A stretch of DNA of 64,000 nt from Puccinia triticina (Eukaryota): the NCBI GenBank assembly GCA_026914245.1, contig CP110439.1:6076001-6140000 (forward strand). The letters run 5' to 3'. The notes below the pieces were generated by a model. The model saw only the letters and a list, made by a program, of their open reading frames with translations, made no database searches and was not told the origin of the DNA. Positions 1 to 11,591 of this stretch are shown in pieces; position 1 is the first letter of the stretch; every line of letters starts with the position of its first letter. The translations under genes were made by a program, and so were the position numbers.

Positions 1-351
1 ATCCACATAGCACAGCTGCCCAGGGCCGGCGGACTTCCACCGCGGCTGCCACTCAGTGGCGAAGAGTCGGATGCCAGTGCTGTGCATCTCGGCTCCCAGC
101 ACACACAGAGTCAGACAGACCCCTCCTTCGCATCATTGTCACATACACACATTAGTACATTTCTGGTCTTCACCCCTTCGAAAAGAGCGATTTGTCAGAA
201 GCCAGGGGACGATACAGGCACGATGGTAATCGGAGGGTGTACATGGACAACGAGGTAAAGAGGGCGGAGGGAGGGGGAGGAAGAAGACAAGCAGGAGATC
301 TAGCCGGAGCGCCCATCGGCGGCAAAAAAGGCAGCCTGCAGCACCCTCGGG

Positions 352-1248
352 CTACATCTTGGAGCGCTCGAGGGTGCTCGGGGCGACGCCGAACTCCTTT
401 GGCAGCTGGCGCCGCAGCTCGCCGGTGACGATGACCCGGATGAGCGCGTAATGATGGGTGGCGTGGAGGCAGGCGAACCACAGCTACACCGGCATCCCGC
501 ACAGCAAACGTCAGCAGGGGTTGGCCTGAGAAGAGCAGGGGGGGGGGGGGGGGGGGGGGGGGACGCAACTTCGCGGTTGAAGGTCGTCTTCAGCGACACT
601 TCGTGCGGCGTGATGGCGACCAGATCCAGCGGGCCGTCGTGTCTGAAGGGCGCCGCCGGGGTGTTCGCGGAGGGGCATGGCGGGGCGGGCTGGTTGAAGG
701 GCGAGGCGGGGGAGACGAGGATCTGCTTGAGCCGGTCGAACTCGGCGAGGACGGTGCTGTGCGAGCCTGGAGCGGTGCCGATGAGTGGCTGGCGGACAGA
801 TCGGAGAGAGAGAGAGAGAGCGGGACGCACTTTCCATGGGCACGTTGCGCTCGCGCGAGTCGTAGTTGAGCGTCTGGGGGCGGGCGGGGTCGTGGGCGGC
901 GGCGAGGAGGATGCGGAAGTGGTCGTGCAGGTGTCTTCGGCCGGGGGAGGCGGTCAGCAGCAGCAGCAGCAGCAGCAGCGACAGGGGAGGGGACTGGCAC
1001 CTGAGGTGTTTGCCGACCGTGCTTCCGGGCACCAGCTCGGAGACCGCCGTGAGCAGGGCGTCCGAGTCGACGGCCGTCCGGAGCAGCTCCAGCGCCTGGT
1101 CGAGCAGCCCGATGGCCACCCCTCGCAGCCGCGCGTACTGCTCGGCGGCGGAGGCCGGCTCCGGCGGACTGCTGCTGCTCGCCGGCTGGTCGGCGAGGCT
1201 GCTCGGGCGCGGCGGGGCTGGCTGGTCGGCGGGCATGGGGCTGTTCAT
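352..1248 (-). CDS. DinB/YfiT-like putative metalloenzyme, 4 exons (1248-1001, 934-831, 766-570, 483-352)
   Basis: Three GT-AG introns join STVGKHLR|HLHDHF...LNYDSRER, ...KTTFNRE and LWFACLHATHHYALIRVI...FGVAPSTLERSKM*. The His-x2-His and H-x3-H motifs are typical of the DinB superfamily. Confidence 0.8.
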
Positions 1249-1724
1249 GGGGCGGGCTGGAGAGTGGGCGGGCCGCGGCGGGGTTGAAACGAATGAAGCT
1301 GAGAGCCAGGATTAGAGTTGTCCCCATCGAATACCCCCCTTATGTAACCCCACCAAATACATAGGAGGCCAACACTCTTCATCAGACGCTTCTCGCGATC
1401 CTGTCTGTCCGCAATCTCCCCCACAAAGACGCTTTTCTTCCCGGCCCAGACCGTGCAACCAGCTGGCTCAACCCAAAGGAGCTATTTACATCGTCCTCTT
1501 CCGCATGTTATGATCTGTCATTTTGTGTCTTACATGTTCATCACGGGTGTACATATTTTCATTAGGGGGGTTCACGTTGCAAAAAAAGCAATGCTGATTT
1601 TGTCTGCTCATGCACCTTGGAGTAAGGTTTATGCCTTGCAGATTGCTTCCAAAGGGGAGCTGCCCAGCCAAACCTTTTTGCTTTCTCACAATTTCTGCAT
1701 CTGCTGGTTTTGGTTGCTGATTTA

Positions 1725-1880
1725 TGGGGTTCAAAATTGCATAAGATTTTTTTGCATAAAATCATAAACTGCAATTTTGGCTGGGAGATGTCACTCTAAG
1801 ATTTATGCACGCTGACATCTCCCAGCCAAAATTGGCTTTATGATTTTATGTAAACAGTGACATATGCAATTTTGAACACC
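1725..1880. mobile_element. ~157-bp MITE (TGGTGTTCAAAATTGC TIR family)
   Basis: Palindromic and homologous to 29400-29556 and to the split copy at 45766-48121. Confidence 0.75.
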
Positions 1881-1882
1881 TA

Positions 1883-2438
1883 GGGTGTTCAAAGTTGACT
1901 TGCATAAAATCATAACACCATAAAATCATAAAATTCTAAGATGAAAAAATATGTTGCACCCAAGCACTCAGAGCATCCGCATCCATGTCTAGATTAGCCT
2001 GGGCTAACTAGCTCGGATTAAGATCGGAATAGGCTAATCCAATCGGCCATCCACATGGGTGGGGATTAGCGGGTCCGAGGCTGTCGGAGGTTATGTGTTT
2101 AGGTGCCTATATGTTATGTGTTTGGCACCTAAACACATAAAGTTCATGCTAACAAGCATGATGAATATTCATTTTGGGATTAGTCCCAGGATTAGTGGGG
2201 GCTAGATTTATACCCCACTAGCTCCAAACGGAGCTCCGGGTTAAGTTGATCCCCAGTTGATCCAACCCGATGCGGGTGCGGGGTCAAACTAAGTGCCCTA
2301 ATCCGGGCTAACTTAGCGCCTGGTGCGGATGGTCTCAAATTTAGAGCAACATTTCTAGAATGGTACATATGAAATCATCACTTGAAAGTTTTATGATTTT
2401 ATGATTTTATGCATTGAAAATTTTATGATTTCAACTTT
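1883..2438. mobile_element. GGGTGTTCAAAGTTG-family MITE, interrupted by an insertion
   Basis: Matches the reverse complement of 38084-38280 once 1971-2337 is removed. Confidence 0.8.
1971..2334. mobile_element. PIF/Harbinger-type MITE
   Basis: TIR GAGCATCCGCA / TGCGGATGGTC with a 3-bp TSD TCA. The empty site is visible in the 38084-38280 copy. Confidence 0.8.
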
Positions 2439-2559
2439 AATGACCATAATTTTTGAAATCAGCCTCACGTGAACCCCCCTATTACATTTTCTCATACTTC
2501 ATTACATACTTTAATTACGGTTTTATGTATTTTCTCTCACCAACCCAAGTACATAATTA

Positions 2560-2944
2560 GGCCCCATTTGGCACCAATATAATTATAGGTGATATAATCG
2601 CTGATTAATTCAATAAAAAATACAAAATTCAACATAAAGCCTCCAAGTTTTTTTCTAGGCAACCTACAGTGCTGGTCTCTTCAACTTTAAAATCAGATTC
2701 AACTGATTCAGCCATCTTCAGCACCATGATACCATTATATCACTTTTGACCAATATGAAGTGATATAATGGTATTATGGTGCTGAAGATGGCTGGATAAG
2801 TTGATTCTGGGTTCACAGTTGAAGAGACCAGTACTGTAGGTTGCCTACAAAAAAAAAATGGAGGCTTTATGTTGAATTTTGTATTTTTTATTGAATTAAT
2901 CAGCGATTATATCACCTATAATTATATCGGTGCCAAACGGGGCC
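2560..2944. mobile_element. PIF/Harbinger-type hairpin MITE
   Basis: Near-perfect 385-bp palindrome, TIR GGCCCC(A/G)TTTGGCACC, TSD TTA on both sides. Confidence 0.85.
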
Positions 2945-4287
2945 TTACTCTTGTATATATATACTCTACTCATGTGCAATCTTATTCTTCTCCTTGGGGG
3001 AGTTTTCATCTCATTCTTGCCATATCCTGATAGCCCAGCTCTTCACCGCACACACCCGGCCAGGAACACAGTTTTCCTGACAAGTATGTACTTCCACTCA
3101 TCCCCGGCCATTGCCCCCTGATCATCTTCTCCGGAGCAGACAACATGAATGATCTCCCCATGCCGTGGACAGCACATAACACGGGGGTTGCACTTGATGA
3201 AAGTGTTAATTATTGTTGGCCACTTTTCTTGTAAGACAATTGCCTCTAGTCAGCCAAATGTGATGAATTTTCAGCAGAGGCTGGGGAAACACAAGGGAAA
3301 AACAGGCCTGAGGAGGAAAGCTCGAGGCCGGGAACAAAACAAGGATGCCCAAGAAGGGGCTAAGCTGCTTTAGCTGTGAAGGGGAAAAAGGCCCCTCACT
3401 ACAAGAGACTCTCAGGTCTCAGGGAACAGGCGCAGGAACTGATGCTTTAGTTTCTATCTATGTAGCTGAGTTAAATGCTATTACAACTTTTGGGGCTGAG
3501 TTGTGGGACAGAAGGTGAAACATGGATATTCAACTGGAGGGGAAAGAATGAGTGACAGGTGATGGAAAGGCAACAAGACATGGAGTTTCAACAAAATGTT
3601 CTGGTACATAGTACTAGCATTAGTCAAGAGAGCTCAAAACACCATACATGACATAAATCATCAATTTTGCCCTCAGGGGGATTGGAAGCTGGTATAACTG
3701 CACAAGAAACAAGAAAATCAGGAGTGCTGGCTATCAATGTGTGAAAGGTTGATGTTAGAGAGTGAATGATTCAGAGGAAACGGATGAGATCTAGATTCAA
3801 ATATCAGAAAATCAAGTAGCTAGAAACATCAGCCTAGGATAAGAAGAAAACTAAAGGTAGGCTTTCAAAATTAAAACAAAATAAAATAAAGTAAAAAATA
3901 CAAAATTATTTGAAACATTTTTCAAGAAGAGCTATGAACATTAAATGATCACCTAAAGAAGAACTCTCAAAGCTGTTTCTTGGATTGCTTGAACAAAACG
4001 CCGGCGAGAAAGAGGAATATGTAGCTAGCAGCCCATTTGAACTGTATTGATCCGAAATAGCTTGTCCTACTTGCAAACGACGATTTGGTGGTTTCTTTTT
4101 CTGTGGGCCCAAACAATAAATAGTGGAAGATGTTATGGACATATAAATATTGAGAGAAGCATTGGGAGTCCCGATCATGATGCTAGTTGAACTGTTACAA
4201 TGGAGGGGGGGTTGGTTCGTGTAAATGACGGCAATGAAGAATGTCGGTCGCTCGATAAATGTTTGTTGTACACACTCTCCGTCTACG

Positions 4288-6880
4288 TTATATTTCAGGT
4301 CCTTCGATCGAGTTGATTGAGGTGCTCGCATAGGCAGGGATAGTAACCGAGTTAATGCGTGAAGTGCTAGGACTGGCTGAAGTCAAGTTTTCGCCTCGAG
4401 GAAGCGATCCCGATGTGGCTTGCATCGGTATACTCTCTTCGTAAATATTGGCACGTCTTCCTACGGCTTCTTCCGTGGATGTCGGGTTACTGATCGCGCA
4501 GTTTCCTGCTCGTGGAAGTTCGACCTCCTGCCCGGTCGTCCACACTGTGATCGATTTGATGGGCCCGACGTAGTGAGCCCGACCATAGAGGAACCAGGAT
4601 ACGGCGGCTAGTAGGGCAACCAACGGAATAGAAGCACTCGAAACGGCTCGAGCAACTCCATTCATCCGAAGAATATTTAAGATTCAAGCTCAGATTTCTT
4701 GCACAATCGTCACGGTTATATCGCCGAACCGTTGATATCATGCCAAGCTTTTGCCAGGAAAAGCAGTCTCACTTACGGAATTGCGGTCCAGCTGCCCTTG
4801 CCTCAGTGGGGAACCCACCCAAGACCATCTGGATCAGTAAAGTGATCAAAGCCAACCATGCAAGCGGTCGACTCCATTCCTGGAGAGTCCAAAAGTTACG
4901 CCCGTCACGATAAAGAACATCTTTGTCACTGAGGAGATAAAGGACGATTGGTATGAGATAACACATCTGCATTCGCCACGATCAAAAGGAAGAAATAAAC
5001 ATTTAAGTTTTCATCAACTTTCCTGCCTACCCGCGAGAGAAATTCGAACTTACCAGGGATAGATAAGAATCGGATCTTTCAATGAATGTTGTCACGTGTG
5101 TTTGAGAGACACCTAGAAAGCAAGAGGCCAAGATGGTCAAAGCGACGAGAAGGATTGTTGCCCTTCGTGGCATTTGACTCTTGCTGAGCTTGCGCCATAG
5201 AGTGGCGAATGGAAACGCATTGTCTCTTGCCAGAGCCCATACAAAACGAGTCGAGGCGAAAAGTTGAGAGATTTGTTGAATCCAAGTGACGACCAACAGA
5301 CAGCTGAATATGCAAGCTGATACTCGTCGCGAACAATGCGATAGTACTAAACTTAGCATCGCCGGTTGATTGAAAATGTTTGCCTCCGAAAAAGACTATG
5401 TTGTCATTCAACAAAAGGAGAGAAATAAATCAATAAAACCGTTCATTTTCTGTTCTGATCAGTTCCAGGTCGCCTACCATGTAAAAGCATATCTGCACAA
5501 TCAAGACGTTGATGTAGTTGATCACTGTAGCAAAGAACATCGCCCTAGGAACAACAAGTTCAGCTTGGTGGGTTTCTTCTGCCATATGAGCCGAATTTTC
5601 AGCGCCTGCGGCAGCCAAGATACTGGCGCCTAGCATGAAAGCCACGCCGTTGCTTTGAAATTGACTCCGGTTTTCGAGACGGGTGAAGATCATTATAGGA
5701 CTCTGATGAAAGTTGGAGCTAGCAAGCAATAGGACACAGATCGTGGCACTGATGCAGGCCGTCAAAGCGGCAAAGCTGATCCAAAGTCGTGGCGAGCGTG
5801 AAACTGGTAAGAGCATAAATGCCCCGGTAACAATCAAGTTCACACAAGATATCATGTATAAATGCCAGTTACCAGCTTTCCAATGAGGGAACACCAGCCT
5901 GATGAGCTTTTGGACGATCAGAGCTGCAATCAAAGCCGCCAAAGAATTAGCTTCTCGGATTAGAGAAATTGAATTGCGCGCGAGAATCATGTAGCTCACC
6001 AAGTTGCCAAGAATCTTCCACTGCGGCCAAAGAATAAAGAAAAGAAAAAACGTGTGTAGTAGCCAATCAGACGCCATATACAAAGGCACCCTTCCCACAA
6101 CTTTAAGTGATTTGCTTACTTTGAAAAATTATGTGAGAAACAAACAGATACATCGCTACCGTCCACGAGAGAAAATTGGCCCAGTTTTTTGTCCTCGCGT
6201 TAGAATGAGCGAGCTTGAATGTCCTACCAAGGATTGCATTTTCAGAGGATTTTTTTCAGGTCTTCAAATCACCGTTACACTTTTGGAAACTCTTACCATG
6301 TAAACATTGCCCCTGCGGCGGGATAAGCCGAGGCAAGCTCAGCCAACACCTTCAAAAAAATTTGACATCCGAGTTCGGACATCAGAAAATTTTCGCAAAT
6401 TCACAGACTGAATAAGCTTACCATATACTGAATCAGCATTACCGTTCCTATCAGAATAGTTCCCCAAAACATCGTTACAGGGCCTCCCAGAATGTAAATA
6501 GTTTGATAGGCCCAAAAAGTACCCTGAGTTGCGCCTGAGAAAGTGAGGAGACGAAAGAAAGGGCCAACTCGACAAGTCAGGCTAAGGAAATTCGAAACAT
6601 CATCAGGTATCATAACCTTACCCAGGTTGATGTAAGAGAGAGAAAAGGAGGACCAAAAGCCCCAATTTCGTGAGAGTTCTTGCCGGTAGCCTAGCCATGC
6701 GAGTCGTAAACTGGTCTCTTCAGCAGTAGGAGGCCGAGACCTATAACGGGGGATGAGGAAGTTCGGCATCAGGGCGGTCGAGTTGGCGCTAGGTTGTATC
6801 GACATGGCTGATCCTGAGCTCAAGATCGCGGCGGGTTGGTTGTGTTCAAGCAATCCATTGGGTAGATTTCGGTGTATCAT
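4288..6880 (-). CDS. APC-superfamily amino-acid/GABA/choline-type permease, multi-exon
   Basis: Motifs LGYRQELSRNWGFWSSFSLS, GGPVTMFWG, SAHMAEET, STRFVWALARDNAFPF and HYVGP, with many TM segments. A possible in-frame upstream exon would extend it to about 7263. Confidence 0.85.
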
Positions 6881-8102
6881 GATGCTACCGAAGCACCATT
6901 AATGCGAAGAAAAGAAGAAGAAAAAAAACAGGTCTCCGAAGATTCTCTTTCTTCCTTCCGAGACCACAAGGTTGAACGGCCACCTCCGATGCTTACTCAC
7001 CCGGACGAATCGGCCAAAGCCCGTGCGCCCACCTGGCGCATCAGTCGTACATACGCCAGGTGGGCGGTACAGGACGCCAGGGTGCCCCGCAGGCAGAGTG
7101 GCGCGACCATGATATACCAGCGGGTCGCCATACATGCAGTGGCGCCAGCATGTGCATCATGGTCACGGGAGCCTGTCAAGGCTTCAGACGAAATGGATGC
7201 CACCCCGTTCGGGGAGCCCAGCGGCATCGGAGATGGCCGCCAGCCTATCGCACCGGTCATCATGCCTAAAGGAATCGTGGTGGGCACCGCGGCTCCCCAA
7301 GGTTGCCCATCTGTCCAGGTCGGCGCCGTTGCGGCGCCACGACATGCAGGCCCAGGTGGCTTGATGGTTTGCTATCGAGTCGGCCTGGACGCGTCTTGGA
7401 TGACCACATGCGGAGGCCGACCGGGCTCTCTCCTCGGATGGCTCGACACTCCACAAAGGTCTCTCTCGCTCAGAAGACCCATGTGTCAGGCCCCCTTGGG
7501 CACGAACCAATCGGGAGTGGGACCCGGTTTCAGAGGATACAGGGGTTCTTGTCTATCCACAGCGCACATGCTGCGTGTTGAATACGAGAGTCCCCAATTG
7601 CAGTCGGCACAAAATCCCTCCCGAAGGACGAGTCTATCCAACCACGAGCTGACAATCCACTTTCAAGTTATTCTTCAATCTCGCCCGGGCCATGCCTCCC
7701 AAATCTTGACTTCGGCCATGTGTTGGTACCACCAAACGCTGTACAATCGACTTTTAAACTGCAGATCCTATGTATGACAGTTTATGTCCTCTGACTTGCT
7801 TGGCTGGCTTAAAGCCCCTGATAGTTCAATTAAATTTATACTAAGCAAGCATTAATTGTATTTTTCGGAAAAGCTTGGACCTTTTCCGCCTTGACTCGGT
7901 ATTTGTTTGAGACATACCGTCTTTTTTTTGCTGGGTTTTATCCTGACATCTGTCAGGCCCAATTATAAACACATGTTGAAGTTTTATTGTAATATATTCC
8001 AAACTTGATTGAAAACAAAATCTCTTAAGTTTTTGTGACAAATACAGTTTATCACCTCACCAGTAGAGATGCGCACGCTGCACAATTAAATTTTTAGCCT
8101 CA

Positions 8103-9030
8103 CACCAGGAGGATTTTATGCTGGCTGAGCAAAGGAAACACACTGGTGCCCATCACACCATGAACCTGGGCAGGTCAAGAATGGCCATCAATCTCACACA
8201 CCTCAACCTATGAAAGGCCAATCATTGGGTCAACCAACACCCATACATGCACCCCACTCAATGACCAACCTGGTCATTGGGTGAATACATACTCCACTCA
8301 ATGACTTTGGGTCATTGAGTGGATCACCACTACCCAATCCACTCGATGAACGAGCCGGTGTGGTGCGCTATCCGGTACACATGGAGCCAACTTTCAAATC
8401 ACGGCGCGGACGCGTGGCGGACCTCAAGACGTCTCATGGAGCAAGTTTTGAATCTTGGACGCGTGGATCTCACGCGGCAGACGCGCGATGGCGCGCGGGT
8501 TTTGGTTGTCTTCTCTTATGTGGATTGTTTCTTTTCTGTTCCTTATTTTGTTTCTTTTCTGTTTTGGTTCTGTGGTTTCTTTTTACCTTTTCCTTATTAC
8601 GCGCGTTTGGATGGGTTCAGTGTGGTGGGTTTGGTTTTGTCTGAGTTTTTGTTGCGGTGTTGTTCTGTTTTGTTTCTGTTCTTATGTTTGTCGCGCGCGT
8701 GGGTGTATGATGAAGGTCCCGCTGCGTGCTGTGCCCGGAGTCGAAGTTCTGTCCAAACTTAGATGATGGAGCAGCAGAGGAGACACTCTGAACCATATTT
8801 TCCCATCAAAATTTTATTGATCATCATTATTCATTGCTATCCCAAGTATTATCTGAGCTTTATCCATCCCAATGACTTGCGGGAACTCTTATCACGCACG
8901 TGGCATAGCTTTGTCAATCTTCTTCCTGTCTGACTCCGCCTTCCGGCGCCCTTTGACAATCCCCAACATCTCAAACCTTCCTCATCCATCCCTTTTCAAC
9001 AACACAACCCCGCTGTGGTCATTATTCCTG
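8103..9030. mobile_element. Degraded non-autonomous element with CACTCAATGAC repeats, a pyrimidine tract and a C/D-like module
   Basis: Starts with CACCAGG and has the same architecture as 22845-24876. The boundaries are uncertain. Confidence 0.4.
8707..8791 (+). ncRNA. Candidate box C/D (U3 3'-domain-like) RNA module, copy 1
   Basis: ATGATGA...CCCGGAGTC-hairpin-GATGATGG...TCTGA, with the same motif order as 23615-23696. Confidence 0.45.
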
Positions 9031-11591
9031 TGTTTGTAGGAGAAAAATTCAAACTTTTACGTGTACTCACAAAACTCCTTAAGATACAGCAAAATAGACA
9101 TCAGAAATGGAATTTAGGACTAAAATAACCCCTAGTCACCCACTGAAACCACCCTCATATCTCTACCGGATCAGAAGATACACAAATCACCCCTTTCACG
9201 CACGAGTCCAAGTGGGTTCACATACAGACTCAACTCTTGGCTACCATACTTGGCATAATGCATACAACACATGAATTAATTTTCTTCCTTCCTTTTATCA
9301 GTCCTCACCCCCTATTTTCTCTTTGCATATGTTTGTTTCTCATTTGCATACCTATGGTCTTGGAAAATTCTTGTATGAATATACATAATCCTGCTTGCAT
9401 ATCAAAGGGACACATTGTAGATAGTCTAGCTAAGCACCAGGGGGGAAAGTGTGGCACTCTCTGGAGAGTGCCAGGCCGTAATTCTGTCAGTCAAATGGTC
9501 TGATGTGAGTTAGATGTGAGTTTCAACTCTTTGTTCAACTTTCTTCCCAACAGATGTGTGACTGTAGGTGAAGTGGTTGCGGGATGATCTGTAACTCAAT
9601 TCCAACACATGGAAATATCTTAGTTGAAATTTTCTGTTTGGTTCATATCAAACAAAATCCTGGATGTGAGCTTCAATTCACAACATGTTTTGCCAAGAAT
9701 GTAACTATCCTGATGCTCAAAGATATCCTTGACCAAGTGAAAAGGAATATTTTTTCAGGGCTGATTTTTTTTTTTTTCAATCAAAACCCACATAAAATCA
9801 CATAATGCAAGATAGCTGTAAAATATAGCAACCACAAAGGCTCAGTTAACTGGTAAATCAATCCTTGTGGGATATTCCTTCCATGCCTGTTCCCTTCATC
9901 AATTGGTAGGAAAGTTATTCTGTTTTGAAAAAAGCTTGGACACTTTTCCAAAATTAGTTCTGCACCGGAAAGTTTAAAAGCTACACTTTTGGGGTCTGGG
10001 AGGCACTGGTAGCTGGATACCAATAGAATCTGTGAGTGAACCCCATTTTTGGCATACATCAAGTGAAGTTGGTGTTTTTGTGATAGAGGGGGGGATTACC
10101 CAAATGTCCAAGAATTATTCAAAACACAATATGTAAAATTCAATTTCTCTTTTTTGAGTATCACACAGTGTCAAAGCTGGGAAAACCTCTGTAACCTGTA
10201 TTCCCTCCCTCTAATATGAAATGTGAACAATCAAAGAGGCCTTTTCACCAACCATGTTTAACAAGTGATGGTCCACTTCTGCAGGCTAAAGTTTGCCATG
10301 CTGTCAGCTGTTCATTTGGGACCATGCACCTTTTGTATGTGAATACACATTGCACAATTTTCCCTCACTTTTCCTCCATCTGACTGAAAAATGCAGCGGC
10401 TAGAGGTTAAAATTATTAAGCTTCACAGGGGGAAGGGGGCAGATTGGTGAATATCAACAGGTGCATCAATATTTTGATGATCCTGAAACCAGTAGGAGAA
10501 AGATTTAAATAGCTGGTCTGAGAACTCTGAAGTGAAAAGTCAATTCTGAAATGTCCACACACATCTCAGCATGGGTCATACCATTTGTGAGCCTGAGTCT
10601 CTATAGTGACAGCAGGACACAAGAAATGGGGGACAACAGTTTGATTTCTTGGGATAAAGAAAATACAACTGTGAGAGAAAAAGAGAAAGAGAGAGAAAGA
10701 AACCAAGCAGGATAAGATAGAAGAGAAGTACTAGGTTATTCTAGTGGGAATGCACGTCCACTGGCAATGCTACTCTTCAGAAGAGTGCTGCTAATCTGTG
10801 CTAGAAGTGCTACAGCTTCCTCTCAGGAGGGTATCTGGATTAGATAAGTTTAATCCAGCCACAGTTTTTTAGACTTCTCTCTGGACAGTCAAGGTTCTTA
10901 ATGGGAAACCTGAGGGACAGCCCTGCAACCTAGATTTTGAGGCAAAGGCCAAGTGATTATAAGGGACAGCCCTGTGATCAAGATAGAGGCAAAGGCCTGT
11001 AGAATAGAAGGGACAGCCCTGTGATCAAGGAGGAGGCAAAGCAAGAAGAAAAGGCAGATCAAACAAGACACAGAGTTGTACCTCTGAGATAATCAAGGTT
11101 CAGTGAAAGAGGTTACTTACTGTCAATATCCTAGGCGCCTGTGACGGTAGGTATACTGGGAGTAGAGTAGGCTCTTTGGTGGTGATCCTGGGGTTATCTG
11201 GGTGGTGGTTCTGGTGTGCTGAAGTCTGTGGATCCGCCTCAGGCAAGGGGGATTCTGACTACGAAAATTTTCACAGTTTGCTTATGTAATTTACATATGT
11301 ACATGTGGTTTGGCGCGCCAGGTAGTGCTCACACGTCACAACTGCGCAAGCGCGCCACAACTCAGTAACTCAGGGAAGGAGTATAGTTACAATGAATTGA
11401 TAAGTTGTAACTAGGGTCAAAATTGCATGAGGAAACAGAATCTGAAGTCAAAACAAGGTTATCTCTTAAGATGAAAAAGATATAAAGTAATTTATATGTA
11501 ACAAAGGTAGAACAGGCAGCTTTTAGGTCAGCTGTGATGACTCTAAGGCTGACATTCCCTACCACCAAAAGGGTTGGATTTCTGTAAGAAA

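Larger units (their letters stand above)
1565..2479. mobile_element. MITE with GGGGGGTTCAC TIRs containing further nested MITEs
   Basis: GGGGGGTTCACGT at 1565 and ACGTGAACCCCCC ending at 2479. Flanks are CATTA/TATTA. The same TIR occurs at 40799-40999. Confidence 0.7.

Noticed and set aside
1..150. Possible minus-strand exon (TGIRLFATEWQPRWK...) at the window edge
   Set aside because: Too short and truncated to assign.
6872..7777. 301-aa plus-strand ORF
   Set aside because: No recognisable domain. It is GC-rich sequence antisense to the probable 5' exon of the permease.
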